Shown here: positions 31,824 to 43,062 of the stretch, piece by piece | Layout: each line of letters starts with the position of its first letter | How positions within the stretch are numbered: position 1 is the stretch's first letter | Sequence record: OL964735.1 | Strand: one strand, 5' to 3' | DNA from: Escherichia phage T4 | Length of the DNA: 64,000 nt | The notes under the pieces: model-generated | The model's input: the letters and a program-made list of their open reading frames with translations, nothing else | The model's database searches: none | Told to the model about the DNA's origin: nothing | Translations under genes and position numbers: made by a program

Positions 31824-32326
31824 TTAAAAGTATTTTTTAAAACTCATCATAACTTTATCATCAACATCATTATCAATCTGTGCAACAAGGTAAGATGACA
31901 GTTCTACTTCTTGCGGCGCGGATTGAACATTATCAGAATTAAGATATTCACGAATCCAAGGATATGGATGTTTAACCGGAGCATCGGTAATTGGGCATGG
32001 AAGACCGCACTGTTTCATACGAGATACAGTTAAGTAATCAATAAAGCTCCACATGCTATTTGTATTTAATCCAGGAACATCACCATCTTTAAATAAATGA
32101 ACTGCCCAGTCTTTTTCCTGGCGGTTAACTTCCATGAAAATATCAACTGCTTCTTGTTCACACTCTTGGGCAATTTTAACCCATTCATCACCATCAGTAC
32201 CGGATTGAAGTTGACGAATAATATATTGGGTGCCTTTAAGGTGAAGCTGTTCATCACGTGCAATGAACTTCATAATCTTGGCATTACCTTCCATGATTTC
32301 CATGTTCTTATGGAAGTTAAAGGTAC
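31824..32326 (-). CDS. nrdB: Ribonucleotide reductase small subunit NrdB, exon 2
   Basis: C-terminal R2 sequence (MEGNAKIMKFIARDEQLH iron-ligand region); joined to exon 1 after removal of a 598-nt intron; total 388 aa. Confidence 0.85.
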
Positions 32327-32924
32327 CGTATGTTCGATTGAGCTCGCTAATTCTCAACCCGTTCTCTTATGAACTGCTGCATGTTACCATGCAGTCCAGA
32401 CTATATCACAATCCCGGAGGGATTCTCCCCATTTCGAGTCGCTTGACCCTACGTCCGAAGACTAGTCGTTGAACCTTGTTTTGCAATTGTCGCCGTGCCA
32501 TCGTTTATATGTTGATGGTGATAAATCTTTCTTATCACAATATGGACAATTCAATTGAATTCTATTTGGATTTAATTTACATCTGTCATTATGTTTTAGA
32601 TAAAATCCAGGACCTTTACCAATGTGACCACAGAAATCACATGTGATTTCTTTTTGTGCAGGATGGGTCCCGTTCTTAACCATTTCTAATGTTTTTGCTG
32701 ATGTTCTTTTCTTATGTTCTTCCATCAGAATCTTTAGGTATAGGTCCGTTAGCATCTATCCAAATTTTTCTATAGTTCAATTGTGCATCCTCTTAAAAGT
32801 ATAATCATATTTATATTATACTAATTAAAGGTGCAAGCAAAACCTTGGCTGCTAGTTTTCCATAAAGGACTTTCCAGCAATTAAAGGAGTTTTCGATAAA
32901 CGTTACCGTTTAAAGGCGCATTTT
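32327..32924 (-). mobile_element. Group I self-splicing intron in nrdB (598 nt)
   Basis: Interrupts a conserved R2 motif (exon 1 ends ...YVSFA, exon 2 resumes ...TFNFHKNMEIMEGNAK); 5' exon ends in U and intron ends in G; length equals the T4 nrdB intron. Confidence 0.8.
32462..32755 (-). pseudogene. I-TevIII: Truncated intron-encoded homing endonuclease (I-TevIII remnant)
   Basis: 97-aa ORF inside the nrdB intron with Cys/His zinc-finger-like motifs; far shorter than an intact endonuclease (about 270 aa). Confidence 0.65.
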
Positions 32925-33588
32925 ACGCAAAAGATACATAAAAACGAATAGCTTCTAAGGCATTAATAACGTGCAAACAGAGGTAAAGAGATTTCATCAG
33001 ATCTCGTTTAGCTCTTTGCTCAACGTCTTTATCAGCTAGAATTAGACCTTGGTCTTTATAATATTCAACCATGTCTTTAGCATTTTCCCATTCACGGGTT
33101 TTAACCAAGACATCATCGTAATATCGCCCAATGGACTCAGCACGTTTCATAATAGCTTCATCTAATACAATCTCATCAAACACCTTCGATGGATCAGTAT
33201 AAAGATTTCGCATGATATGAGTATATGAACGACTGTGAATAGTTTCACTAAAAGTCCATGTAGCAACCCATGTATCAAGGCTTGGGTCTGAAATTAATGA
33301 CATAAGTACAGCAGATGGCGCACGACCCTGAATGCTATCCAAAAGTGATTGATACTTCAGGTTGTTAGTAAAAATATTTTGCTGATACTGAGGAAGCTTA
33401 TTAAATTGCGCAGCATCCATCATTAAGTTTACTTCTTCAGGACGCCAAAAAAAACTGATCTGCCGCTCAATGAGTTCTTCAAATACTCGATGTCGTTGAA
33501 TATCATATCGAGCTAAACCTAATCCAGAACCAAAGAACATCGGTTCATTCAAAACATCAACTGGATTTGTATTAAAAACTGTACTCAT
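32925..33588 (-). CDS. nrdB: Ribonucleotide reductase small subunit NrdB, exon 1
   Basis: N-terminal R2 sequence up to ...EAIRFYVSFA; the in-frame stop after exon 1 lies in the intron. Confidence 0.85.
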
Positions 33589-34283
33589 TTAGAATCCTTA
33601 AATTTACATTTATCATAATGCCATCTTAAAGCATTGCCTTTATTAACTTTCTTACCACAGTGCGGGCAAGGTGGATACTCTGCTCCTTGTTTAGTTCTCA
33701 AAGAAATCAAATCACGGGTTTCTTTAGTATGAGGAACATCTCTTGTCGGAGAAATTGTACCATACATCGGATTAAGCACGCCGACTTTAGCAGCAGCTAT
33801 ATTCTTTTTAGCTTCTTCAGTTTTAGGCTTTCTCATCTTTTTCTTAGTTTCTTCGCTTTTAGCCCTTCCTTTGGTTGCCGCCGATATTTTGTGTTTGGTT
33901 TCTTCTGTTAAACGCAGACCTGTTTTCGCTTTTGACATTTTCAGTCTCGTTTCTTCAGAAATGACCGTACCTTTGCGAAATTGCGAATTTAACTTCTTTG
34001 CATGGGCATATATTTTAGAATGAACTTTATAATGACGTTTCTTAGTTCCTTTCATATTGCACATCATGAAAAATGCGAATATAACAGATTTTACCGGATA
34101 AATCTTTGATAAAATAGCATGCGCTATAAAATGCTCTCTAGCTGTTAATTCAACTAAATTTTCTTTATCATCAGAACCTCCCATGCATCTAGGGATTATA
34201 TGATGTGTCTCTTTATATTCGGATAAAGGTTCCCGAGCCTGAGCTCGGGAAATTAGGTCGTTATAGATTTTTTGATAATTCAT
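33585..34283 (-). CDS. mobE: HNH homing endonuclease MobE, freestanding between nrdA and nrdB
   Basis: 232-aa ORF; HNH motif HHIIPRCMGGSDDKENL...H; repeated AKTG/ATKG/AKVG modules and a C-terminal zinc-finger CPHCGK...C. Confidence 0.8.
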   Translation of the reverse strand: MNYQKIYNDLISRAQAREPLSEYKETHHIIPRCMGGSDDKENLVELTAREHFIAHAILSKIYPVKSVIFAFFMMCNMKGTKKRHYKVHSKIYAHAKKLNSQFRKGTVISEETRLKMSKAKTGLRLTEETKHKISAATKGRAKSEETKKKMRKPKTEEAKKNIAAAKVGVLNPMYGTISPTRDVPHTKETRDLISLRTKQGAEYPPCPHCGKKVNKGNALRWHYDKCKFKDSK

Positions 34284-36547
34284 TACAATTTACACGCTGC
34301 ACAATCATCGGCTTTAGGAGTTTCTATTTCATAATCATCAGTACCAGAACCATCACGGGTATTATGATAATAGAAATTTTTAATGCCATAATACCATCCG
34401 TATAGCATGTCATCAATCATTATTGACATTGGAACCTTTCCTTTTGGAAAAATCTGCGGGTCATAATATGTATTCGCTGAAGCTGATTGACATACCCATT
34501 TCAGCATAATAGCTACCTGCGTAAGATAAGGTTTATTACCTTTCTTAGCTAATTTCCATGTATAATCATAGAGGTCTATGTTATGCTCAATATTGGGCAC
34601 GACTTGATTAAAGGAACCCTCTTTTGATTCTTTAACACTTACCGGTCCACGTGGAGGCTCGATGCCGTTTGTACTGTTAGAAACTTGGGAAGATGACTCA
34701 CATGGCATAAGTGCTGATAATGTGCTATTACGGATGCCAAATAGCTTAAGGTCTTCCCGCAGCGCCGACCAGTCACAAACGTATTTTGGAGCTGCGATTT
34801 GGTCAATCTTTTTATTGTACCAGTCGATAGGTAATTCGCCTCGAGACCAACGAGTGTCTGAATAATATTCGCAAGGTCCTTTTTCTTTGGCGAGCTTAAT
34901 GGATGCTTTAATGAGTCCATACTGTAATCTCTCAAATAGTTCATGTGTTAAATCGTTAGCATCTTCATAAGAAGCAAAGTTACTTGCCAGCCAAGCTGCA
35001 TAGTTGGTAACACCTACACCGAGGTTACGACGCTTTTTAGCTTTTTCTGCTTCAGGAACCGGATATCCTTGGTAATCCAACAGATTATCAAGAGCACGAA
35101 CTTGAACTTCTGCCAATTCATTAATTTTATCTTGGTCTTGCCAGTCAAAATTATCTAATACGAATGCAGAGAGAGTACACAATCCAATTTCAGCATCAGG
35201 GCTATTCACATCATTTGTTGGAATAGCAATTTCACAGCACAAGTTACTCTGACGAATAGGTGCCTTTTCACGAATAAACGGAGTATAGTTATTCGTATTA
35301 TCAATGAACTGCACATAAATCCTTGCTGTTCCTGAACGTTCAGTCATGAGCAATTCAAATAGTTCACGGGCTTTAATACGCTTTTTACGAATATTAGGGT
35401 CTTTTTCTGCTGCTTCGTATAATTCACGGAAACGGTCTTGGTCTTTAAAATAAGAATAATAAAGCTCGCCACCCATTTCATGCGGACTGAACAAAGTAAT
35501 GTAATCGTTTTTTCCAAAACGTTCCATCATCAAATCATTCAGTTGAACACCATAATCCATATGACGAATGCGGTTTTCTTCTACGCCTTTGTTATTTTTC
35601 AAAACGAGAAGATTTTCAACTTCCAAATGCCAAATAGGATAATAAGCAGTAGCAGCGCCGCCACGAATTCCACCCTGTGAACATGATTTAACTGCAGTCT
35701 GAAAATGTTTCCAAAAAGGAATAACACCAGTATGGCGTACTTCACCCATGCCAATCTTAGAACCTTCGGCACGAATCATACCAACGTTAATACCAATTCC
35801 AGCGCGTTTAGAGATATATTCAACAATTGAAGCAGAAGCCTTATTGATAGACTTCAATGAATCTCCTGCCTCAATAACAACACATGAACTAAACTGTCGA
35901 GTCGGAGTACGACAACCAGCCATAATAGGAGTTGGCAATGAAATCTGTCGAGTAGATACTGCTTCATAAAAACGGATAACATGTTTTAATCTATCAACAG
36001 GTTCATCTTGATGCAGTGCCATTCCAATAGTCATAAATGCAAACTGTGGAGTTTCATAAATTTGACCAGTGGTTTTATCTTTAACTAGATATTTTTCTTT
36101 TAATTGCATTGCCCCGGAATAAGTAAATTCCATATCCCGTTCGTGCTTAATTTTTGATTCTAAAAATGTAATTTCTTCTGCTGAATATTTTGACAATAAT
36201 TCAGGGTCGTATTTACCTGCATTTACACAATAAGAAATATGGTCAATAAATGAACGTGGTTCATACTGCCCATAAACATGCTTACGAAGAGCAAACATTA
36301 AACAGCGTGCAGCTACATATTGATAATCAGGTTCTTCAACCGAAATAGAATTCGCAGCAGCCTTAATGACAATAGTCTGAATATCATCAGTTGTCATTCC
36401 ATCACGGAGATAAGATTTAATATTTTCATATAATTCATAAGGATCTACTGATGTTCCTTCAGCTGCCCAAGATAAAACTTTAATAATTTTTTGTGGGTCA
36501 AAGCTCTGAGAAACACCACTACTTTTGATAACATTAATTAATTGCAT
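34283..36547 (-). CDS. nrdA: Ribonucleotide reductase large subunit NrdA
   Basis: 754-aa ORF (T4 NrdA is 754 aa); ATP-cone N-terminus; catalytic NLCCEI and C-terminal CxxC pair. Confidence 0.95.
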   Translation of the reverse strand: MQLINVIKSSGVSQSFDPQKIIKVLSWAAEGTSVDPYELYENIKSYLRDGMTTDDIQTIVIKAAANSISVEEPDYQYVAARCLMFALRKHVYGQYEPRSFIDHISYCVNAGKYDPELLSKYSAEEITFLESKIKHERDMEFTYSGAMQLKEKYLVKDKTTGQIYETPQFAFMTIGMALHQDEPVDRLKHVIRFYEAVSTRQISLPTPIMAGCRTPTRQFSSCVVIEAGDSLKSINKASASIVEYISKRAGIGINVGMIRAEGSKIGMGEVRHTGVIPFWKHFQTAVKSCSQGGIRGGAATAYYPIWHLEVENLLVLKNNKGVEENRIRHMDYGVQLNDLMMERFGKNDYITLFSPHEMGGELYYSYFKDQDRFRELYEAAEKDPNIRKKRIKARELFELLMTERSGTARIYVQFIDNTNNYTPFIREKAPIRQSNLCCEIAIPTNDVNSPDAEIGLCTLSAFVLDNFDWQDQDKINELAEVQVRALDNLLDYQGYPVPEAEKAKKRRNLGVGVTNYAAWLASNFASYEDANDLTHELFERLQYGLIKASIKLAKEKGPCEYYSDTRWSRGELPIDWYNKKIDQIAAPKYVCDWSALREDLKLFGIRNSTLSALMPCESSSQVSNSTNGIEPPRGPVSVKESKEGSFNQVVPNIEHNIDLYDYTWKLAKKGNKPYLTQVAIMLKWVCQSASANTYYDPQIFPKGKVPMSIMIDDMLYGWYYGIKNFYYHNTRDGSGTDDYEIETPKADDCAACKL

Positions 36548-36864
36548 AAGTCCTCAACTTGAAAATCGTCTTTAAACAATCGGTTAACTATATGAGCTAT
36601 TATATCACCATGACACGGCTTTGGTTTACATGTGCATCCTAGCCTCATTCCACGTAAAGGCTCTAAATGTGCTTTAGTTATTTCTCCGGATTTAATTCGA
36701 CGTATAAAATCTTTTTTGAATAATTCAATGGCAGCCTCCCGGCTGCCAGCATCTTTACCGACGTAATTTCCCCAAAATGTACCGCGGTGAATATTAACAT
36801 CAAAGTCGGATTTATATTTATTCACTACCCGGCATAGACGGCCCACGCTGGAATAATTCGTCAT
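36538..36864 (-). CDS. nrdA.1: Hypothetical protein (nrdA.1 position)
   Basis: 108-aa ORF. Confidence 0.5.
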
Positions 36865-37093
36865 ATTGTTTTTCCGTTAAAACAGTAATATCGTAGTAAC
36901 AGTCAGAAGAAGTTTTAACTGTGGAAATTTTATTATCAAAATACTCACGAGTCATTTTATGAGTATAGTATTTTTTACCATAAATGGTAATAGGCTGTTC
37001 TGGTCCTGGAACTTCTAACTCGCTTGGGTTAGGAAGTGTAAAAAGAACTACACCAGAAGTATCTTTAAATCGTAAAATCATATATCCTCGCAA
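36818..37093 (-). CDS. nrdA.2: Hypothetical protein (nrdA.2 position)
   Basis: 91-aa ORF. Confidence 0.5.
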
Positions 37094-37101
37094 TAATAAA
37101 A

Positions 37102-37413
37102 TTACACCGCCATCTTTCCTTTAATAGGAGGGTGTGATACATAGTTGTTAAGAACGAAATCTTTAGGCCTAAGTTTAAGAACATATTTTAATTGTTCTTT
37201 AGTAGAAAGATATCGGAATTTATAAGGTAGACCACTTATTACCAGCTCACAAAGCTCTTTAGGTTCACGCCTCAAAATTTCTTTACATTGTTCTACGTGA
37301 TTCATATAGATATGAGTATTACCACCAGAAAATATCAAATCCCCTGGAATAAGATTACACATCTTAGCTACAATATGAACTAACGTAGCATATGACGCAA
37401 TATTAAACGGTAG
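37102..37413 (-). CDS. td: Thymidylate synthase, exon 2
   Basis: C-terminal TS sequence ([16 protein letters not shown]...); follows the 3' splice site ...AUG|CUACCG. Confidence 0.9.
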
Positions 37414-38429
37414 CATTATGTTCAGATAAGGTCGTTAATCTTACCCCGGAATTATATCCAGCTGCATGTCACCATGCAGAGCAGACTATATCTCCAACTT
37501 GTTAAAGCAAGTTGTCTATCGTTTCGAGTCACTTGACCCTACTCCCCAAAGGGATAGTCGTTAGGCATTTATGTAGAACCAATTCCATTTATCAGATTTT
37601 ACACGATAAGTAACTAATCCAGACGAAATTTTAAAATGTCTAGCTGCATCTGCTGCACAATCAAAAATAACCCCATCACATGAAATCTTTTTAATATTAC
37701 TAGGCTTTTTACCTTTCATCTTTTCTGATATTTTAGATTTAGTTATGTCTGAATGCTTATGATTAAAGAATGAATTATTTTCACCTGAACGATTTCTGCA
37801 TTTACTACAAGTATAAGCAGAAGTTTGTATGCGAACACCGCACTTACAAAACTTATGGGTTTCTGGATTCCAACGCCCGTTTTTACTTCCGGGTTTACTG
37901 TAAAGAGCTTTCCGACCATCAGGTCCAAGTTTAAGCATCTTAGCTTTAACAGTTTCAGAACGTTTCTTAATAATTTCTTCTTTTAATGGATGCGTAGAAC
38001 ATGTATCACCAAACGTTGCATCAGCAATATTGTATCCATTAATTTTAGAATTAAGCTCTTTAATCCAAAAATTTTCTCGTTCAATAATCAAATCTTTCTC
38101 ATATGGAATTTCTTCCAAAATAGAACATTCAAACACATTACCATGTTTGTTAAAAGACCTCTGAAGTTTTATAGAAGAATGGCATCCTTTTTCTAAATCT
38201 TTAAAATGCCTCTTCCATCTCTTTTCAAAATCTTTAGCACTTCCTACATATACTTTATTGTTTAAAGTATTTTTAATCTGATAAATTCCGCTTTTCATAA
38301 ATACCTCTTTAAATATAGAAGTATTTATTAAAGGGCAGTCCTACAATTTAGCACGGGATTGTCTACTAGAGAGGTTCCCCGTTTAGATAGATTACAAGTA
38401 TAAGTCACCTTATACTCAGGCCTCAATTA
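37414..38429 (-). mobile_element. Group I self-splicing intron in td (1016 nt) carrying I-TevI
   Basis: 5' splice context ...TTGGGT|TAATTGAGGCCTGAGTATAAGGTG and 3' end ...ATG|CTACCG match the T4 td intron; length 1016 nt. Confidence 0.9.
37561..38298 (-). CDS. I-TevI: Intron-encoded GIY-YIG homing endonuclease I-TevI
   Basis: 245-aa ORF inside the td intron; GIY-YIG module GIYQIKNTLNNKVYVGSA; C-terminal zinc finger and DNA-binding domain. Confidence 0.9.
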   Translation of the reverse strand: MKSGIYQIKNTLNNKVYVGSAKDFEKRWKRHFKDLEKGCHSSIKLQRSFNKHGNVFECSILEEIPYEKDLIIERENFWIKELNSKINGYNIADATFGDTCSTHPLKEEIIKKRSETVKAKMLKLGPDGRKALYSKPGSKNGRWNPETHKFCKCGVRIQTSAYTCSKCRNRSGENNSFFNHKHSDITKSKISEKMKGKKPSNIKKISCDGVIFDCAADAARHFKISSGLVTYRVKSDKWNWFYINA

Positions 38430-39571
<1,142 letters not shown>

Positions 39572-39627
39572 TTAATTGAAAACGAATGCTTACTTGGATA
39601 ATTTCAATGACATACATAATATTTTCC

Positions 39628-39870
39628 TCAAACAGACTTTTTCACAATTTTCCAATCAGCTTTAAACTGCTCGACGTCAGAATGGTAAATCCAAAATCCT
39701 GCGCTTTCTCCGTCTTCATAAAGAGGACATCCATCGCATTCATCTTCCCATCCCATATCACGTAAAAGATGTTCAGCTTTTTCAACAAGTTCAGAATCTT
39801 TACCGATGATATTAAAATACCATTTACCTCTAACTTCTGAATCTTTGATGCTCTGGCGTTGTAATCTCAT
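39628..39870 (-). CDS. frd.1: Hypothetical protein (frd.1 position)
   Basis: 80-aa ORF. Confidence 0.5.
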   Translation of the reverse strand: MRLQRQSIKDSEVRGKWYFNIIGKDSELVEKAEHLLRDMGWEDECDGCPLYEDGESAGFWIYHSDVEQFKADWKIVKKSV

Positions 39871-39964
39871 TTTATTCTCCTTAGCAAGCTTTAATCAAAA
39901 GATATAAACAGACCAACATAACTGCTGCCATAATATAAGGTGCGAACATTTTCTTTTCTCCATT

Positions 39965-40012
39965 AGTTTTGATAGGGTAATAGTATCACACTACTACCCT
40001 GATGTAAACTAC
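39965..40012 (-). promoter_or_regulatory. T4 early-type promoter
   Basis: GTTTAC -35 and TATTAC/TATCAC-type -10 within the gatagggtaatagtatcac cassette; similar cassette at 60535-60580. Confidence 0.45.
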
Positions 40013-40410
40013 TTTTTGAAAGTTTTTCGCAAAAGTTCAATGATTTCATCTACATTGTTTTCGTCAACAATGCAGTGAATTTTTGTTACGCCAGAAACCT
40101 TGTCTTTGACTTCATCTTCTTCAGAAGTCGGTTCTTTATATTCGCGGAAACAATAAAACTCTTCTTCACTAAGTTCAAAATAATCATCACCCATACCATC
40201 ATCATTATAGATTTCACCATTAGCACAAATGATTTCGGTTACATAATCAAAGCCATCTAAACTTGATATTGATTTAACTTCAAACCAACCGCCATTTTCT
40301 TGAATGATGCCGACCATACTAGCATTTGATGAACTAATATCAATGAAAGATTTAATACGATGTGGATTTAACTCGTATTTTTTGCCGATTTCCATTTTGA
40401 TTTTCCTCAT
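40009..40410 (-). CDS. frd.2: Hypothetical protein (frd.2 position)
   Basis: 133-aa ORF. Confidence 0.5.
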   Translation of the reverse strand: MRKIKMEIGKKYELNPHRIKSFIDISSSNASMVGIIQENGGWFEVKSISSLDGFDYVTEIICANGEIYNDDGMGDDYFELSEEEFYCFREYKEPTSEEDEVKDKVSGVTKIHCIVDENNVDEIIELLRKTFKK

Positions 40411-40440
40411 TTTAATAGGGGCTTGATAGCCCCTTGATAA

Positions 40441-40668
40441 TTATTGTTCAATCAGTCCCATGTAAAATTCTGCGTCTTCAGAATCCATGCCATCACAATA
40501 TTCATTAGCCATAAAGCGGGTGAGGTCTTCAAGAGGACCTTCAATAACGATTTGAATACTCCAAAACTTAGAATCTTGCACGCTTGTGATACTAAGTTCA
40601 GGATAACGATTACGAATAATCTCTTCAATATATTCAAAATCAACGATGTCAATATCAACTTTAGCCAT
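40441..40668 (-). CDS. frd.3: Hypothetical acidic protein (frd.3 position)
   Basis: 75-aa ORF. Confidence 0.5.
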   Translation of the reverse strand: MAKVDIDIVDFEYIEEIIRNRYPELSITSVQDSKFWSIQIVIEGPLEDLTRFMANEYCDGMDSEDAEFYMGLIEQ

Positions 40669-40702
40669 ATTATTTTCCTCTTTAATTATTAGCAGTATTG
40701 CC

Positions 40703-40745
40703 GATAGTTGTATAGTACCATAAAGCTTTATGCTTGTAAACCGTT
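40703..40745 (-). promoter_or_regulatory. T4 early-type promoter upstream of frd.3
   Basis: Minus strand: A/T-rich UP region, GTTTAC, spacer, TACTATAC -10; cassette about 75 bp, nearly identical to 57403-57470. Confidence 0.5.
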
Positions 40746-40772
40746 TTGTGAAAAAATTTTTAAAATAAAAAA

Positions 40773-40791
40773 GGGGACCTCTAGGGTCCCC
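40773..40791 (-). terminator. Rho-independent terminator after gene 32
   Basis: ggggacc-tcta-gggtcccc hairpin followed by a U-run on the minus strand. Confidence 0.6.
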
Positions 40792-40813
40792 AATTAATTA
40801 GTAATATAATCTA

Positions 40814-41719
40814 TTAAAGGTCATTCAAAAGGTCATCCAGGTCCGTGTCATCAGCACTAGATGAACTACCAGAGCTTGAGCTCATAAAATCATCTTCAGT
40901 TTTTGTATTGAAGTCATCAACATTGAATGCATCCAAATCATCAGCAACTTTATCAGCTTTCTTAGCAGCAGTTGCAGCAGCACCGCCCATCACAGCAGTT
41001 CCCATAACTTGACCGAATTTAGTATTAAGTTCTTCAAACGATTTGAATTTATCTTTAGAAGTCATTTCAGAAAGGTCAACCATTTGTTCGAACAGTTCTT
41101 TCTGGAAAGATTCATCGTCAATGTTTGGAATCGCAGATTGATTCAGGAATTTAGATTCATCGTAGTTACTAAATCCAGAAACTTGTTTAACTTTCAGTAC
41201 AAAGTTAGCACCTTCCCACGGACAAGTTACATCAACTGGAGTTTCACCCATTTCAACATCAACCGCAATCATTGCATTGATTTTATCCCAGATTTTCTTA
41301 CCGAAACGGTATTTAAATACTTTACCTTCGTTTTCTGGAGCAGCTGGGTCTTTTACTACAAGAATGTTAGCCCAGTAAGAAGTTTTACGTTTAACAAGAC
41401 TGTACTCTTTATTGTCAGTGTTGTATAGATCATTTTTACTGATGTATTGACATACTGGGCAAGAATCGTAATCACCATGGGTAGATGAACATGTTTCAAT
41501 ATACCATTTACCATTTTTCTTGAAACCGTGATTTACAAGAATTGCGAATGGTGCTTGTTCATCATTTTTAGACGGAAGAAAACGAATTACTGCTTGACCG
41601 TTACCCGCATTATCGAGTTTCAGTTTCCACTCGCCTTTATCTTCAGAAGAAAAACCTTTATTGCCATTCAGTTTAGCCATTTGTGCAGCGAGTTCAGCAG
41701 TAGATTTACGTTTAAACAT
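40814..41719 (-). CDS. 32: Single-stranded DNA-binding protein gp32
   Basis: 301-aa ORF (T4 gp32 is 301 aa); zinc site C-x-H...CPVC; acidic Ser/Asp-rich C-terminus. Confidence 0.95.
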
Positions 41720-41795
41720 TTTTATTTCCTTTTTAATTTAATTTAATTAACAGTTGGTGCTATGACACTTTACCTCATAGCTGGCATAATTCGCA
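41720..41795 (-). promoter_or_regulatory. Gene 32 mRNA leader / translational operator
   Basis: Unstructured A/U-rich leader (aattaaattaaattaaaaaggaaataaaaATG) preceded by a GC-containing foldable segment, as in the gp32 autoregulatory site. Confidence 0.5.
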
Positions 41796-42407
41796 ATACT
41801 CTGGGTCTTCGAGAGGTATCCAACCTGAGTTGAAATACTTTACCATCGATTTAGCAGTTGTATCAGTTATATTTATATTACCTTTAACTCTTCGCCATCC
41901 AGGAGTTTTACCGTACAGATTAGAGGATAATAATAACACATAATTCTCGTAAGCAATATGAGATAATTTCCAAGACTCTATATTAGCTCGTGATGTTTTC
42001 CAAGGTCTAAAATCGTCACGGTTCATATAATTAGCCAATCTCATATGCTCTCTAACTTCCGGGTCTTTGGCTGGATGAGTTTCACCACTCACACCAAATC
42101 CACCACCAGCATATACCAGATTAAAATAGTCTGGATTATCTCTGGCATTTACTTCAAGTTGGTATTTTCGTTCTGCTTCAATAACATCCAAGTCATCATC
42201 AATTTGAATTATTTTAACGCTCGGTTTTTGAAGCATTAGCGCATTCAAAAATCTTTTTTGTTTACATGAGCTCCAGTATTCCTTTCCGGAAGAGTCATAT
42301 ATTATTCCGTTCTCAAATGAGCAATTTAATTTACTACCGATATAGTAGTATGGCGGAGTCTTATTTTTGACACGGTCTTCAAATGTAAACCAATATACTA
42401 TATTCAT
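41775..42407 (-). CDS. segG: Freestanding GIY-YIG-like endonuclease SegG
   Basis: 210-aa ORF between genes 32 and 59; N-terminal NIVYWFTFEDRVKNKTPPYYYIGSK resembles a GIY-YIG module. Confidence 0.65.
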   Translation of the reverse strand: MNIVYWFTFEDRVKNKTPPYYYIGSKLNCSFENGIIYDSSGKEYWSSCKQKRFLNALMLQKPSVKIIQIDDDLDVIEAERKYQLEVNARDNPDYFNLVYAGGGFGVSGETHPAKDPEVREHMRLANYMNRDDFRPWKTSRANIESWKLSHIAYENYVLLLSSNLYGKTPGWRRVKGNINITDTTAKSMVKYFNSGWIPLEDPEYCELCQL

Positions 42408-42408
42408 A

Positions 42409-43062
42409 TCAATACTTGCAAGATTTCACAGTTTCAATGAAAACATTTTTAGCTTTCTGTGAATCAATATTTAAAATTTTTCTATAAGCCTTTAACTTTA
42501 TAGAATAATTATTCCAGACTAAATTATCAGTCTGTTCATCATGTTTATCAATTATATTTAAAAACGAATCAAGCAAGATAAACGTCTCAAACGAAATTAT
42601 GTTCGATTGCAGAAGTTTAAAAATATAACTTGATTGAACTTTTGGATTATACTCAAAAATTTCTTTAAAAGCAGAAACTTCAACTTTTTTACTAAAATAA
42701 TAAATGTTGCGAATATCTTCTTCAAACTTAAATTTAATTTGCTTTAAGCGTCCGATATATTCACGATAAAACACAAGTGCATCAGCGTCAGAGATGTCAC
42801 CAATCCAAGCATCTTGGTTAGCAACCAAATTGCTTATAAAGATTAAAGCAAGTTCCTTTAATTTATATTTTTCTGATAACTTCTGGAAAAAATACTTATC
42901 CCTTCGCTTTTGATAAGCGGCATCAGACACCCGCATGCACCAATTATACTTAATTACATCATACTTTCCATTCATATGTTGTTTTATCATTAAGTATAAT
43001 TTATAAACTGATTTACCATCAATGTATCTTTCACCACCAGCAGGCATGCGGAGTTTAATCAT
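42409..43062 (-). CDS. 59: Helicase loader gp59
   Basis: 217-aa ORF (T4 gp59 is 217 aa); position. Confidence 0.9.
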   Translation of the reverse strand: MIKLRMPAGGERYIDGKSVYKLYLMIKQHMNGKYDVIKYNWCMRVSDAAYQKRRDKYFFQKLSEKYKLKELALIFISNLVANQDAWIGDISDADALVFYREYIGRLKQIKFKFEEDIRNIYYFSKKVEVSAFKEIFEYNPKVQSSYIFKLLQSNIISFETFILLDSFLNIIDKHDEQTDNLVWNNYSIKLKAYRKILNIDSQKAKNVFIETVKSCKY

